Shown piece after piece: positions 12,055 to 23,290 of a stretch of DNA of 64,000 nt (positions within the stretch are counted from its first letter, which is position 1; each line of letters starts with the position of its first letter). Position numbers and translations under genes: made by a program. This stretch comes from Acanthaster planci (Eukaryota). The notes beneath the pieces are model-generated. The model saw only the letters and a list, made by a program, of their open reading frames with translations, had not been told where the DNA came from and did not search any database. The stretch spans positions 4,446,934 through 4,510,933 of the forward strand of contig NW_019091356.1 of assembly GCF_001949145.1 (NCBI RefSeq). Direction: 5' to 3'.

Positions 12055-12645
12055 ATGTCCCGTCTTCTGTGTTGTTGTGGTAATGGGTCGTCTAACGATG
12101 TCTCCGACGGTCAGGCTACTGCAATGAAAGAAGCGTCATCCGACGATAACTTGGCCGGTGCTCACACCCACTACAAGATCCTTGTGAAGACTGGCGATCG
12201 CAAAGGCGCTGGTACAGATGCTAACATCTACATCATCCTGCACAACGAGAATGGAGTCACTTCCAAGAAGATCAAGCTGGATCGGCTGTTCCACGATGAC
12301 TTCGAGAGAGGGAAAACCGATGAGTTTAAGGCCAAACTCCCAGCTGACTTCGGCGCTGTACATGAGATCGAGCTCTGGCGGGACGAACACGGTGCCTTCG
12401 ACCCGTGGTACCTGGAGAAAATCGATATCTTCGAGACGCCCAAGGATGCCCCAGAGAAGGGGCCGTACGAGTTCCCCGTCCACCGGTGGATTCCGGCCAA
12501 GAAGAGTGTCATTTTCCGTCAGTATGACTCACTGTTGCCTCAGCATGACCCACGCAAAGATTCACAACGCAAGGAGGAGATGGAGGAAATAAGGGAGATT
12601 TATCAGTTCAGGAGCCAGGCCCCTGAAGCAGGGTTACCTTCTCAG
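12055..12645 (+). CDS. Lipoxygenase 1 variable first coding exon D (Cys-rich N-terminus + PLAT/LH2), 197 codons; proximal to the constant region
   Basis: [10 protein letters not shown]... with PLAT motifs. Ends ...GLPSQ at CAG|GTGAGT, phase 0. Confidence 0.9.
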
Positions 12646-14150
12646 GTGAGTACCCAATATCGTATGAGGTGACCAGCAGCGATATCACTGTTAAAAGGTC
12701 ATTCCGTTTTGCAAATAACTCGACAAAAAATGAATAATGTCTTCGGGGATAATGTATTACTGCGAAACCATTCAGCATTTTGGAAACGCAAGGTGGCAGT
12801 AAACTTTATCCAGCATGTACATACTTCATTAATTTTTAATCCGTTACCATAGTAATCTGGGATCATAATTCTTGTCAAATCACTCTAAAAATTGTCAAGA
12901 TGGTCTTTCTTCCAAGGATTAGGCCTAGGCTCTACTTGTTAACAAATCATGCCATCCGAGGTTAGTTAATGTTGTGTAGTATTTTGTTCCCAACCTATAG
13001 AACGGAATCTTCCAATTTGCATTTCAAAATAAGCATTGCAACTTTTATTGTACCACTGTGTGCTTTTGCTGTGGTACGTCGACATCCTGTCCTAGAAAAG
13101 GACATTTCTGGAAAAGGCCCCATGGAGGAAATGCTTTTATAGTCCATGGTACAACTGATGAAGTGAATCCGCGTGTACGTGGAACCGTAAGTTGTAGACT
13201 TTGATCTGGGAGCTGCATCGTGGTTCACACGCAATTCGCAACATGAGTCAGTATGGCCACAGGTCCGTGGTTGAAAAAGTCAGGATCACATTTAACCAGA
13301 AATATTCGAATTCATATTTGGCCTACACTTTGATTATAAAATGTCGCTTACGAGCGAGATGCCCACCGTCATTCCCCGACCCCGATTTCAGTGGCCTTTC
13401 AAGCTAGTTTAAGTGCTCGAGGCAAAGGTGACAACCAACTGTCCTTTGAGTAATCTCTGAAAAGGTTCGAGTTCGCTTTGTATTTTTCACAAGTGACGTC
13501 CAGGTACCTGGTATCACAGAGCTAGGAACACATTATGCTTGTATCAAGGTCAACTCCCATAGGGCCGGGGCCTATCACTGCATTCTGCAGTGGAATATTT
13601 GCTCAGGGATCCTCTGCAGAATTGAGAAGGATGATGTTCTCTACGCTTTGGATGAGTGACTGAGAATGGTGCAAATGGCACTGACACGGTGCTGTTTGGG
13701 GTTCGTCTTTGTATAACCAATTGGGGGGGGTCAATTAGCATACGTTCCCGACCTCCCTCGTCTGCGACCCGGCTTCCAATTCCACCTGGGCTGGCCATGG
13801 ACTGACAAGTGGATTGGAGTTTTAGTTCCCGCGAAACTCTGGACTACACTTCCTTTGCCAGAAACCTCGGTTTTCTTCAATAGAAAATAAATTATTCAGT
13901 TGACTTGTATTTCGCCCTTCTTCCCAACAGACAACAGGTGTATGTATTTTCGACTTCTTACATTCATCACTGACCCACTTTCTCGTTCATCAGCGCACTT
14001 CTGTAGCAGAAAAATCAAGGAGCGACAGCTGCTCTTCAATTTCAAGTTGAGAAACTCAATGCAGCATTCAATATTACGAGAGGGCATTTTTAGACTTGGT
14101 TCCTGTTATTTCAAATACTGTAAATATTTTGCTTATACTTTTGACGCCAG

Positions 14151-17100
14151 GTGGCCGAGCTGCCAAGTGACGAGAAGTTCTCCTTCGATTATTTGGTAAG
14201 TGAGGCATGCAGGGACGTTGCCTTAAATATCAGCGAGTCATAAATTGTGGATTTATATTATGTTTGTGTAACAAACTGGTTTATAATTTATGCTAATAAA
14301 CGACATGCCTACGAATACCTTGCCTGACGTGCAATATTGATTGGCTGTCCCGTCAAACAAAAACATTTTATTTTTTTTCCTATGCCCAGTTTGACCTCGT
14401 CAAGAGAAAGGCTAACCTACTCCTGCAAAGCAAACTGTCCAAGACATTTACGGGCAAGTGGCGCAACCTGGATGATCTCAAGAACGTCTACCACGGGGTG
14501 TTCCCTAAACCTGATGTAAGGCATTTCGAGACTTTTGTTGTCTTCGGTCCATAAATCTGTAGTACTTTTTCTCTAGATTTGAGAGTTCCATGTAAATGGC
14601 GACCAATGCATGTAACTCTATGTGCAGTGGATGGGCAGAAGGCGTGGTTTAAACTGAAGTTTTTTTTCTGGTTCAGAGTTACTTCATACTTTCGTATTCT
14701 ATAAACTAAGATACAAAAATGTATCAATCTAATTTCAAACATAGAGTGTTTATTCATTGAATATGTTGTGCCCTCTACTTTGGGGTGAAACCACTTCCGT
14801 GTTTTATATTTCAGGGAATGCGGATGTGGCGTTCTGACATCGAGTTCGGTCTGCAGCGACTGATCAGATGCAACCCTACCCAAATTCGACTCTTCACGGA
14901 AGTCCCAGAGAAGTACGTGAAGCTAGAACGAATTTCCTTCTGGGAAAGTTTTTTTATGGGATTAAAGTATCTGCAAGTACTATCCCATCTGAGGTTACGA
15001 ATGGCGGTTTCTTTGCTGTGAATAAGTTTGACGCTAACACTCATTGGTGTTATCTGAGGCAGTATTTCCACTGCAGTCGGTATTACTGAAGAAAACGCGT
15101 AGACTTATTTGAGGGAAATTCTTGGGTAAAACGGCAGCGTACATAACCGCCCCGAAGAGCTCTGAACGACGACAAATTAGCAAATGTAGTCTGGCTCCTT
15201 GACCTGGAAGGTGATTGTTTTGATGAATCCAAAATGCCCGAGTCAGACTTACAATTGGGCTTTTTATTTCCCGGGCCTTTGTATCCAATCGCATTTGAGT
15301 AGTGCCGCATTCTTAACTTGTCAGGTTTGGTGTGACCGATGAAATGGTTGGACCATTCTTGGAAGGCATGACAATCCAGGAGGCTATCGCGAAGAAGAAG
15401 CTGTACTACATCGACTATGAAATTCTAAAAAACCTTCCCGTTAAACAGGGAACACCGGTAAGGGCACATCAGCATTTTCTGAGAAGGTTACAGTTTCGAG
15501 CCTCCAAGACCACACACTTCCTTCTTCAAAATAATGCCCCCAATGTTTGCACTTTGTGAGTTTTTATCTCAGTTTCTTTGAGACGTGGAAGCCTGTTGAT
15601 CCCTTAACCCTAACCCTCCTCAAACCTCCAAAATCCTCTGGGTAGTTTTGAAGGATTTTGGAGGATTGAGACTGGATGCAAATTTTTAATGTAAAAAATC
15701 GGAGGATTTTGGAGGATTGGATATGGTTTCTCGTAAAAAAGAGCCCGGGCGGGTTCGGGTTAATGTGGATTTGTAATTTGCACTTGAGGTATAGATTCAT
15801 CTGGAGAGAGAACTGAAGTTTCGTCGCCCTCGTTCTGAATGTTTGTGCTGTTTTATGCCAACCGCATGTTGAGTATTACGAAGAGTGTATCATTTTAAGC
15901 CCTTTTCCCCGAAATAGAAGCATTTTGTAAATTCTGCTTTGTTTGCAGGTTGTTTCACCGATTGGACTGTTCTTTGTGGATAAGAACAAGCATCTCATGC
16001 CTGTTGCTTTGCAGTTGGAGCAACAGAAAGGACCAGATAACCCGGTAAGTCTTTTGCTATGGTTATAGTTTGCTTGGTTGATTTGAGATTGATCACAGGT
16101 AAGTTAGCTGATTGAAGATTGATCTTTGGTCAGCTGCCTGATTGAAGGCTGATCACAACTTAATTGCCAAGATTGATCGCTGCTTTGTTACCCGGTTGAA
16201 GATTGATCACAGGTTAGTTGCCTGATTTAAGATTGATCATAGTTGTCTGCCATTATTGACGATGTATCTTTGGTTAGCGGTTAGCTTGATTGATCACTAA
16301 TTAGTTACCTGATTAAAGATTTATCTTGGTTTTCTGCCTGATTGAAGAAGGATCGCTGGTAAGCTGCTTGGTTTAGATTTTTTGTCCTTGAATAGATAGC
16401 TGGATATTCCATGGTTGACCGCTCCATTGTGACCTCGATAGCTGAGTTGCCTGAGATAATATGTCAAAAGCTTTGTTTGTTAACTTATTTGCTGTCTGAG
16501 CATTTCTTATTTGTTGAAACTCTTCAGGTCTTTCTGCCCAGCGACCCGGAGTACACCTGGCTCTTGGCCAAGATGTGGTTCAACTTTGCCGACGCGTCGT
16601 ACCACCAGTCTTGCACCCATCTGGGCCTGACCCATCTGGTGATGGAATCCGTGGCGGCTACCATGCATTGCGCCCTCTCTCCTTCACATCCGCTCTTTCG
16701 GCTCCTGGCACCGCACTTCCTGTTTCTCATGGCCATCAACAGGTACACACACCTCATGGTCGACTAATTTTTGTAGTCAAGGGAAGGCGGTGAATTGTTG
16801 GCAAGGCTGTTAACAGGAGGGAATCATATGTAGTAATCGAAGCTTTTCAGAGATGAAATGAAGTAGGGAAAGATGCTAGTTACTCTTTTCTCTGTGTTTG
16901 TAGACATCAGCCAGTATTCATAGGACAATTTGATCATGTTTAAACTTTGTCTTCTGTATTTATTTCCTCGCTTTCTTCGTAAACGCAGCCGTGGTCTTGC
17001 TCTTCTGATCTCAGTCGATGGCTGGGTGGATAAGACTATGAACATCGGACGTGACGGGATGTTTGAGCTGATTGGCCGTGCCTTCAAGCGTTGGCGCCTG

Positions 17101-18889
17101 AATGTGGAAGGTACCATCATCAACGATTTGAAGGCACGCGAGGTCGATGACACCAATGCACTTCCAGACTACCACTATCGAGATGATGGAGTGCTGATTT
17201 ACGAGGCGATGGAGAAATACGTCAGAGTTGTTGTGGAATCACATTACGGTGAGGACAAACTTACGTCTCCATATTCAAAACGAGTCAATCACAGGGGCTC
17301 ATTCAGCTTGATGTTTTTACATTGGACTCCATGTATCGCAACTAATTTTAATTATATCCTGTATTTCAATGTGCGACTTGAACATCCAAGACACTTCATT
17401 TTTTGTTTTTAATAGAAACTCCTGATATGATTACTGGGGACTATGAACTCCAGGAATGGGGGCGTTTGATGGCCACGCCCCAGGATAACGGAGGAGCTGG
17501 TGTTCAGGTATTAACTCAAATATATGTAACATTTTCAATTCTAGTTACATATTTCACGAAACGGCTCTGGAAAGGGCAAGAAAGTACGGTATGTAGATTT
17601 GTGCCAGAACTTCGAAATAGACACCTCATTTCAAACCGAAATTTATTTGTATAACTAACTCACTCACCCCAGGGTATTCCGGCAGACGGCAAGTTCGCCA
17701 ACGTTGAGGATGTTATCAGCACTGTTACGCCTATCATGTTCACCTGTAGCGTGTCACACTGCGTGGCCAACTTCTCCCAGTATGACGACTACGCCTTCCC
17801 TCCTCATTATCCTGCTGGCATGAGGATGCCCCCGCCTACAGATAAGGTAAGATTTACACTAAATTCCATGTAACATTGGGTAAGATTTACCCAAACTAAC
17901 ATGAGAATCGTGTTTTTATCTGCATTCGATTTCGTTTAAATATTGTTGGTGAATGAAATCCCCTAGCTGCAGAGACAGACATACAAAGATATAAGAACGG
18001 CTGTGGTTTTGTTGTCTATTTTCTCTTACGTTTTCTCCGCCTTAAATTGCGCAACAAAATTCCTTACTGTCGCCAAACTGTAAATTATCCGACAAGGTTT
18101 GCACTGTGTACCGTTTGCCTTTGTGCTTTTGTCTTTCTTTTTCTGTTTTAATTTTTTGACTTTTACTGAGTAATTATTTGTTCTTAGTCCCCGCGTTCTG
18201 AGAAGGACATCTTAGACAACTTACCTGAGAAGAATGTGACGGTCGATGTCATGACAGTCACTCGTCTGCTCAGTGAGAAGGCCACCAATAGTTTGGGTGA
18301 CTTTGAAATGCAGTACGGATTCTGTCCTGTTGCTGTCAAGGCCCTGGAACAGTAAGAGCATTGAAAAGAGATTTTTCCCTTGTTCAAGGCTCAGCGAAAC
18401 TCACACGGAAGCCTTTCACAATACAAACAGTGAAATTTTGTAATTTGGAAATCTAATCGAAATCGTTCTCACTCGTAGATCTGATTTCATGTGTAACCAT
18501 TTCGTCGTCTTCCATACCAATATCATGCTTTTTTAATGAGAACTTCTGAACACTAAAAATGGATTCGTTTGTTTCATATTTCTAGTCTGTATGCTTTTAA
18601 CAATCTAAACATATTCTGTATGAACGGCATGTATCACTCTTGTATTACGTGGAGAGCGTTTTTACCCCATGTAGATTACACCAACACGTTCATAATATCT
18701 ACCATCTTAATTTTCAGTAGATCGTTTTATATATTAATCTTTTTAATCCACATCTTTGCCTTTTTCTCCATCAGGTTCCGGAAGGACCTAAAGCAGATTG
18801 AGGTCATCATCGATGAGCGAAACAGACATCGGGAGTTTCCTTATGATTACTGCCATCCCAAGGAGGTCCCAAACGCTATCAGTATCTAA
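14151..18889 (+). CDS. Lipoxygenase 1 constant region (catalytic domain, 11 exons, 505 aa)
   Basis: Exons 14151-14195, 14390-14515, 14815-14912, 15325-15457, 15949-16044, 16528-16742, 16989-17248, 17416-17507, 17673-17846, 18188-18351 and 18775-18889. All introns are GT-AG and the phases join into one open frame. LOX motifs: [19 protein letters not shown] (Fe ligands), SHCVANF and C-terminal PNAISI (terminal Ile ligand). Confidence 0.93.
15608..15759. mobile_element. piggyBac-like MITE in a LOX1 intron
   Basis: Flanked by TTAA at 15604-15607 and 15760-15763. Imperfect terminal inverted repeats CCCTAACCCTCC / GGCGGGTTCGGG. Absent from the equivalent LOX2 intron. Confidence 0.55.
16075..16380. 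repeat. Degenerate ~29-bp tandem repeat (TTGAAGATTGATCACAGGTTAGTTGCCTGA-like) in a LOX1 intron
   Basis: Repeated GATTGATC / TGATTGAAG cores. A related array sits in the same intron of LOX2. Confidence 0.75.
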
Positions 18890-19218
18890 CTACGAATCCT
18901 CTAAACTCCATGGAGTACAGGGAGAGGAGATAAAATGGGCAAGTTTGGAAAAACCCAGCTTACCAACGCTCTGGGAATAATTCTTCGGTTTCACGACGAA
19001 GTGACGTATCGTGGATAGTTTCCCCACCACGACATTACTTCGTGGTGAACCCGACGAATGTCTGAAAGAATTGCCTTGTATTTCAGAAAAGAAAATGCTG
19101 ATAAAGAATTACTCAATGTTTCAGGAAAAAAAATGAATGCGCAAAAATGAAATAATATGCGCCAAGTCGTAACAACTTTGAGGTTATTACGTAGATATGC
19201 AGTTTTTCGTTTTTTCCA

Positions 19219-19224
19219 AATAAA
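19219..19224 (+). terminator. Candidate polyadenylation signal of LOX1 (AATAAA; a second one at 19459-19464)
   Basis: AATAAA about 330 nt after the stop codon. The aligned region of the LOX2 3' UTR has ATTAAA. Confidence 0.45.
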
Positions 19225-21283
19225 GGTTGGAGGTTAAAGAAATCAATTTACTGTTTCAGAAATTCGTAGAAAGTGCTAGTTTTTGCTTTTGCGGAGCGGT
19301 CAAGTACGCTTTTTAAAACGTAAAAGTACTAGACACTCTATAGCTTTTCTGTTTATTGGATACCGTACCTTACTATTAAGATGACACCTGCTATGCAGTA
19401 TTAAATAGAACATGTAGCGTGCTTACATATGTATGGCTTTTTGGTTTCACTGTATCTTAATAAACTGTACCGAATTGTTGCTTCTCAAAACTATACGGTT
19501 TGAAGCTTATGACGTGGGCATTTTGTGTCGAGTTTACGCAATATTTTGTCACGTACCGTTGTCTTGTTGGGAGGTTGGTGGTGCCTTGCATGGGTTTAGG
19601 TTTTAGGTTTACATGTGATAAGTAATTCCAAATACATTGTACAGCTAAATATTTTGGATTGCAAAGTACTCATACTTCATACTCATTCAGTATACACGTA
19701 TGTTTTCCTTCATTTTGTAAAGAGGGCTGTGGTGGTTTTTTTTCTAACCATTTAGTAATTCAATTATTGGGTGTCAGTTCCTTGCGAGTCCCTTTATACG
19801 CGGAGGTTAATTATGGTTTCGAACATTTTTTGAGTCTGGGGCTGCAGGAAACGTATTTTTCTAAAAGACTATCAAGTAAACAATATTGTTAAGCTACTGT
19901 TATTATTAAGCGATGGTTGTGAGGATTCAGTAGTTTCCTTCGGCGATGCACAGGCGGTGCAGATGTCTGGATCGCATCACCGGTGATGCGGCGCATGAAT
20001 GACTGGCTGTAGTTGGTAAAAACCAGCCGGTGATTACCGGCCCAGTATACGGTCTAACCAAGTAGCACCTTCGCGGCAAGACTAAACAACCTGTACAGGA
20101 TCGAGACATTATGAATGACTACATGTTACTTTGCATTGAGTTGTATGATCCAGGATTTGTAAACATTTGTAATAAATAAGTCGCCAACAATTCTTTTGAC
20201 GCAAGAGTCTATAAACTTTTCGTTGTAAACGGAATTACGTATTTTGCTGCAACAATTTTTCCCCTATAAACAGGACTCTGCACTCGCACTCAGAAGCGAA
20301 GATAAGTTTGTTAAAAGCGAAATTTTGTTCCTGCCGAGTTAGTAATAATGATAGTCCATTGTACATACATGATTTTACTCTTTCTTTGCAAGAAGCTAGC
20401 TGGTTAAAGTATTTCTATTAATACTCGAAAAGCAACACACTCTTTGTCGTTTATTTAACTTGTACACGTCGGTTGAATATAGATTTATGGCTAGTTTTAT
20501 TTCCGAATGTCTAGTTTTTGTTGTCTTCACCTGGGTTTGGACGACTTTTGAACATTTCAGAGTTCGTAACTGTTTATAATGCGGCTATAAGTTTTGAATG
20601 CAAATAAACATAGAGCAATTATTTTGGGTGTAGTTAAACTTGGTGATCACAATCTTTTCATTTTACTCCTCAGTGGTCGAAAGTAGTTCTGATTTATACC
20701 CATACTTCAAGCCATTTCAAGCACAGCGACATTCCAGAAACAAAGCACAATACCTGTCTAAACGCTGAGCAAAACAGATTAAAGCGCTTTCCGTTATTAC
20801 CCCTGCTCACAGGGCCCATGAAACATTCCAAATACCATCTAAGCTCCCCAGGGACAGAATTCCTTTGGTTTAAAATTTGTCTGTGACCATTTTCTGGGGA
20901 TTCTTTCCTCACTGACGTCTCAGCAACTTAAAGTAACGTCGTTTTGGCCGATGATGGCGTCCTACCAGGCAGCTGCCAACGATTCGGGGCCGGGAAGTCT
21001 AGTTCCCTGCCCAAAGATTCCCTGACAACTCTTGATAAAAAATCTTGGGTCAGGTACACTGATCTCTGTACCCTGGATAGGCAGCTCTGCTCTACCAATG
21101 ATAGCCAGCACGATATGCGGTAAGGGGGAACCCCCAATGTGATGCACAAGCTGTATACCCTAAGGTTGTTGCGCCAAAATGCACCCCTCTTAAAAATCTG
21201 AAAGGAATTCCAAAGATGTCATCAACACAAAAGAAGACACAAGGGGGGGTCCCCTTTGCCGCATATCGCTCATCATATGCCTC

Positions 21284-21607
21284 TGTTACGCCCCAACTAT
21301 AGCATCAGTCCCAACTATAGTTGGGCCCGTCCCTACTAGAGTGCTACAGTCGGACCGGCCCAACTACAGCAGAGAGATCCTGTGTGCATGATGTGCCCAG
21401 CATGTGCCAAAGTCATATTGTTTACAAATGTCATGTCACTGGTCATAGAGCTAAATGCCACATTTTTGATGAATTGTGTCAAGTGTGAGACACATTGACT
21501 CGAATAATGTTGAGACATTTCCCTCAGACATCGGTCAAAAATAGTTGGGCCAGCCCGAACTGCAGCTCTACAGTTGGGACTCAGTGTCCCATAGTTGGGG
21601 CGTAACA
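21284..21607. mobile_element. Non-autonomous TGT...ACA element with 4-bp target-site duplication (Ginger-like MITE)
   Basis: Perfect 17-bp terminal inverted repeats TGTTACGCCCCAACTAT / ATAGTTGGGGCGTAACA. CCTC is duplicated at 21280-21283 and 21608-21611. Internal CCCAACTATAG sub-repeats. Confidence 0.8.
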
Positions 21608-21891
21608 CCTCCAATTCAGAAGCGACTGCGCGGCCATCTTAGGCTTCTTCAATACAACGGCAGTTTTCAAGTCACCGGCTCAAGTGCCATGCAAGTACAT
21701 GTAGGTCCCATTGTATTGAATACCCTAAGATGACTGCGTGGTCACTTCAATTCACACATAGGCAGTTACTGCTGAGCTGCCTATCCAGTGTATCATGGAG
21801 GAGTGTATAGAGATCAGTGGTCATCAGGCATCACCCACGGATATAAATAGATATGACGCAAGGGTCAGAAATTGATAGCCTGAGCGTTTTT

Positions 21892-22010
21892 TTATTTCGT
21901 CAGCGGCAACATCTCAAAACTGAGGCTTTTCCCATATCCAGTGGGCAACAATGCGAGTATGTCCCCACTGAGAGCATTTTTCAGGCATAAAGCCTGCATT
22001 GGTCGAAGAA
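21892..22010 (-). pseudogene. Fragment of a RecQ-like (SF2) helicase N-terminal motif
   Basis: LRPMQALCL...GDILALLPTGYGKSLSFEMLP matches the RecQ Q-motif plus Walker A (LPTGxGKSL). Truncated at a poly-T tract. Confidence 0.6.
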
Positions 22011-23290
22011 AGTTATATTCTGCATTTCGCCGGGCATTTCGGCCAAGGTGACCTTTGATTTCAGGGTAAATAACGCGTGGCATTACCGTTTTCTGTTACC
22101 GCTGACCGTTACCGCGCGCGCGATATGGGCCTTTCAAAATGGCCTGTCCCAACCTCACCGCGTCAAAGTGATTAGTCTAAGCAGTTTCGCGGAAATGGTT
22201 GTTCCTGTTCTCTTGATCAGTACGAAGCCCTTCCACCTTTATATGCGCACTCAGCATATTCAAAGCACAGCAAACGTGGACAAAGCTCCGTGAATACACA
22301 CCATGGATAAACATTTTTTTCAACGTCGTACCTCACAATTAAAGGTTCCTGTGTCTCGACGCTGTGGGTCTATTTGAAATAATTATGACAGACACTATGG
22401 GGGCGCTATTTGGTTTGTGTAAAATCTTTTCTGTCTGGTCAAAATTTACCCACTTCTGTGTCCGCCTTACTTCACAAAAGCTAAGTCAATAACGACAACC
22501 AGTAAAACACATAAACACCACACCTTTGGCCCTGACCGTCGACCGCGCACAGCCTAGTAACTCGCAGAAAAGTCAATCCAGAGGGGAGACAAGCAATCAA
22601 CGTGACAGCACACGCGACAGCCATAGACATGGATATGCTCGAGTAAACTCTTTGTGCACTTATTGTAACTACATTAGAATGACAAAGAACAGCCTCTAAT
22701 CAGACACCTACAACGCATAATTTCTCGACGAAACAGTTGGTGAAACACATCGCCTGTCCGGACGCGACCAAAGGACAACCCATATTTTTCCAGAGAGGAG
22801 CAAATCTGTCACTACGGCCACTACCAACGGTGGTGTCGGAAGATCCTCGGTGGCAAATTATTTCAGGGACCAAAGAAAATTAAAACATGGATCATTCCTC
22901 CATGGTAAAACTTACTTCCACATACATAGATTGTACACAGATTGGCGCTCATGGGCGCCGAAATTCTTTTATCCGACGTCTTTTATCCGAATGTCTTTTA
23001 AAGTTTTATCTGTAACTGTACTAGAAAAGTAAAACGTACGTGTACCGCTTTTGCATTGTGTCCAACTCCTGTTCACTGATCCAAGGTTGAACCTGTTGTG
23101 TTGGCGAGGTCAAAGCAGGAAGGTCACTTCAATAAGTTCTAAGCTGTGTTCTGTGTACAATATTGGAAAGCACTGTAAACATCAGTTTAAGCCAGGCTGA
23201 ACGTCTCCAGCATTGCCATTAGGAAGGAGCATCGCCGTCCGCTGCGTTCGGTGGAGAGCTTAGACCGCAACTTACAAGCCTTTTCCCACC

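Noticed and set aside
5369..12645. Single protein with four tandem PLAT domains (LOXHD1-like)
   Set aside because: Each exon begins with an ATG and lacks a convincing polypyrimidine acceptor, and C contains a stop. Judged less likely, though not formally excluded without transcripts.
18980..19059. SECIS element enabling recoding of the stop in cassette C
   Set aside because: The in-frame stop is UAG, not UGA, and the hairpin lacks a clear AUGA/GA quartet with an apical AAR.
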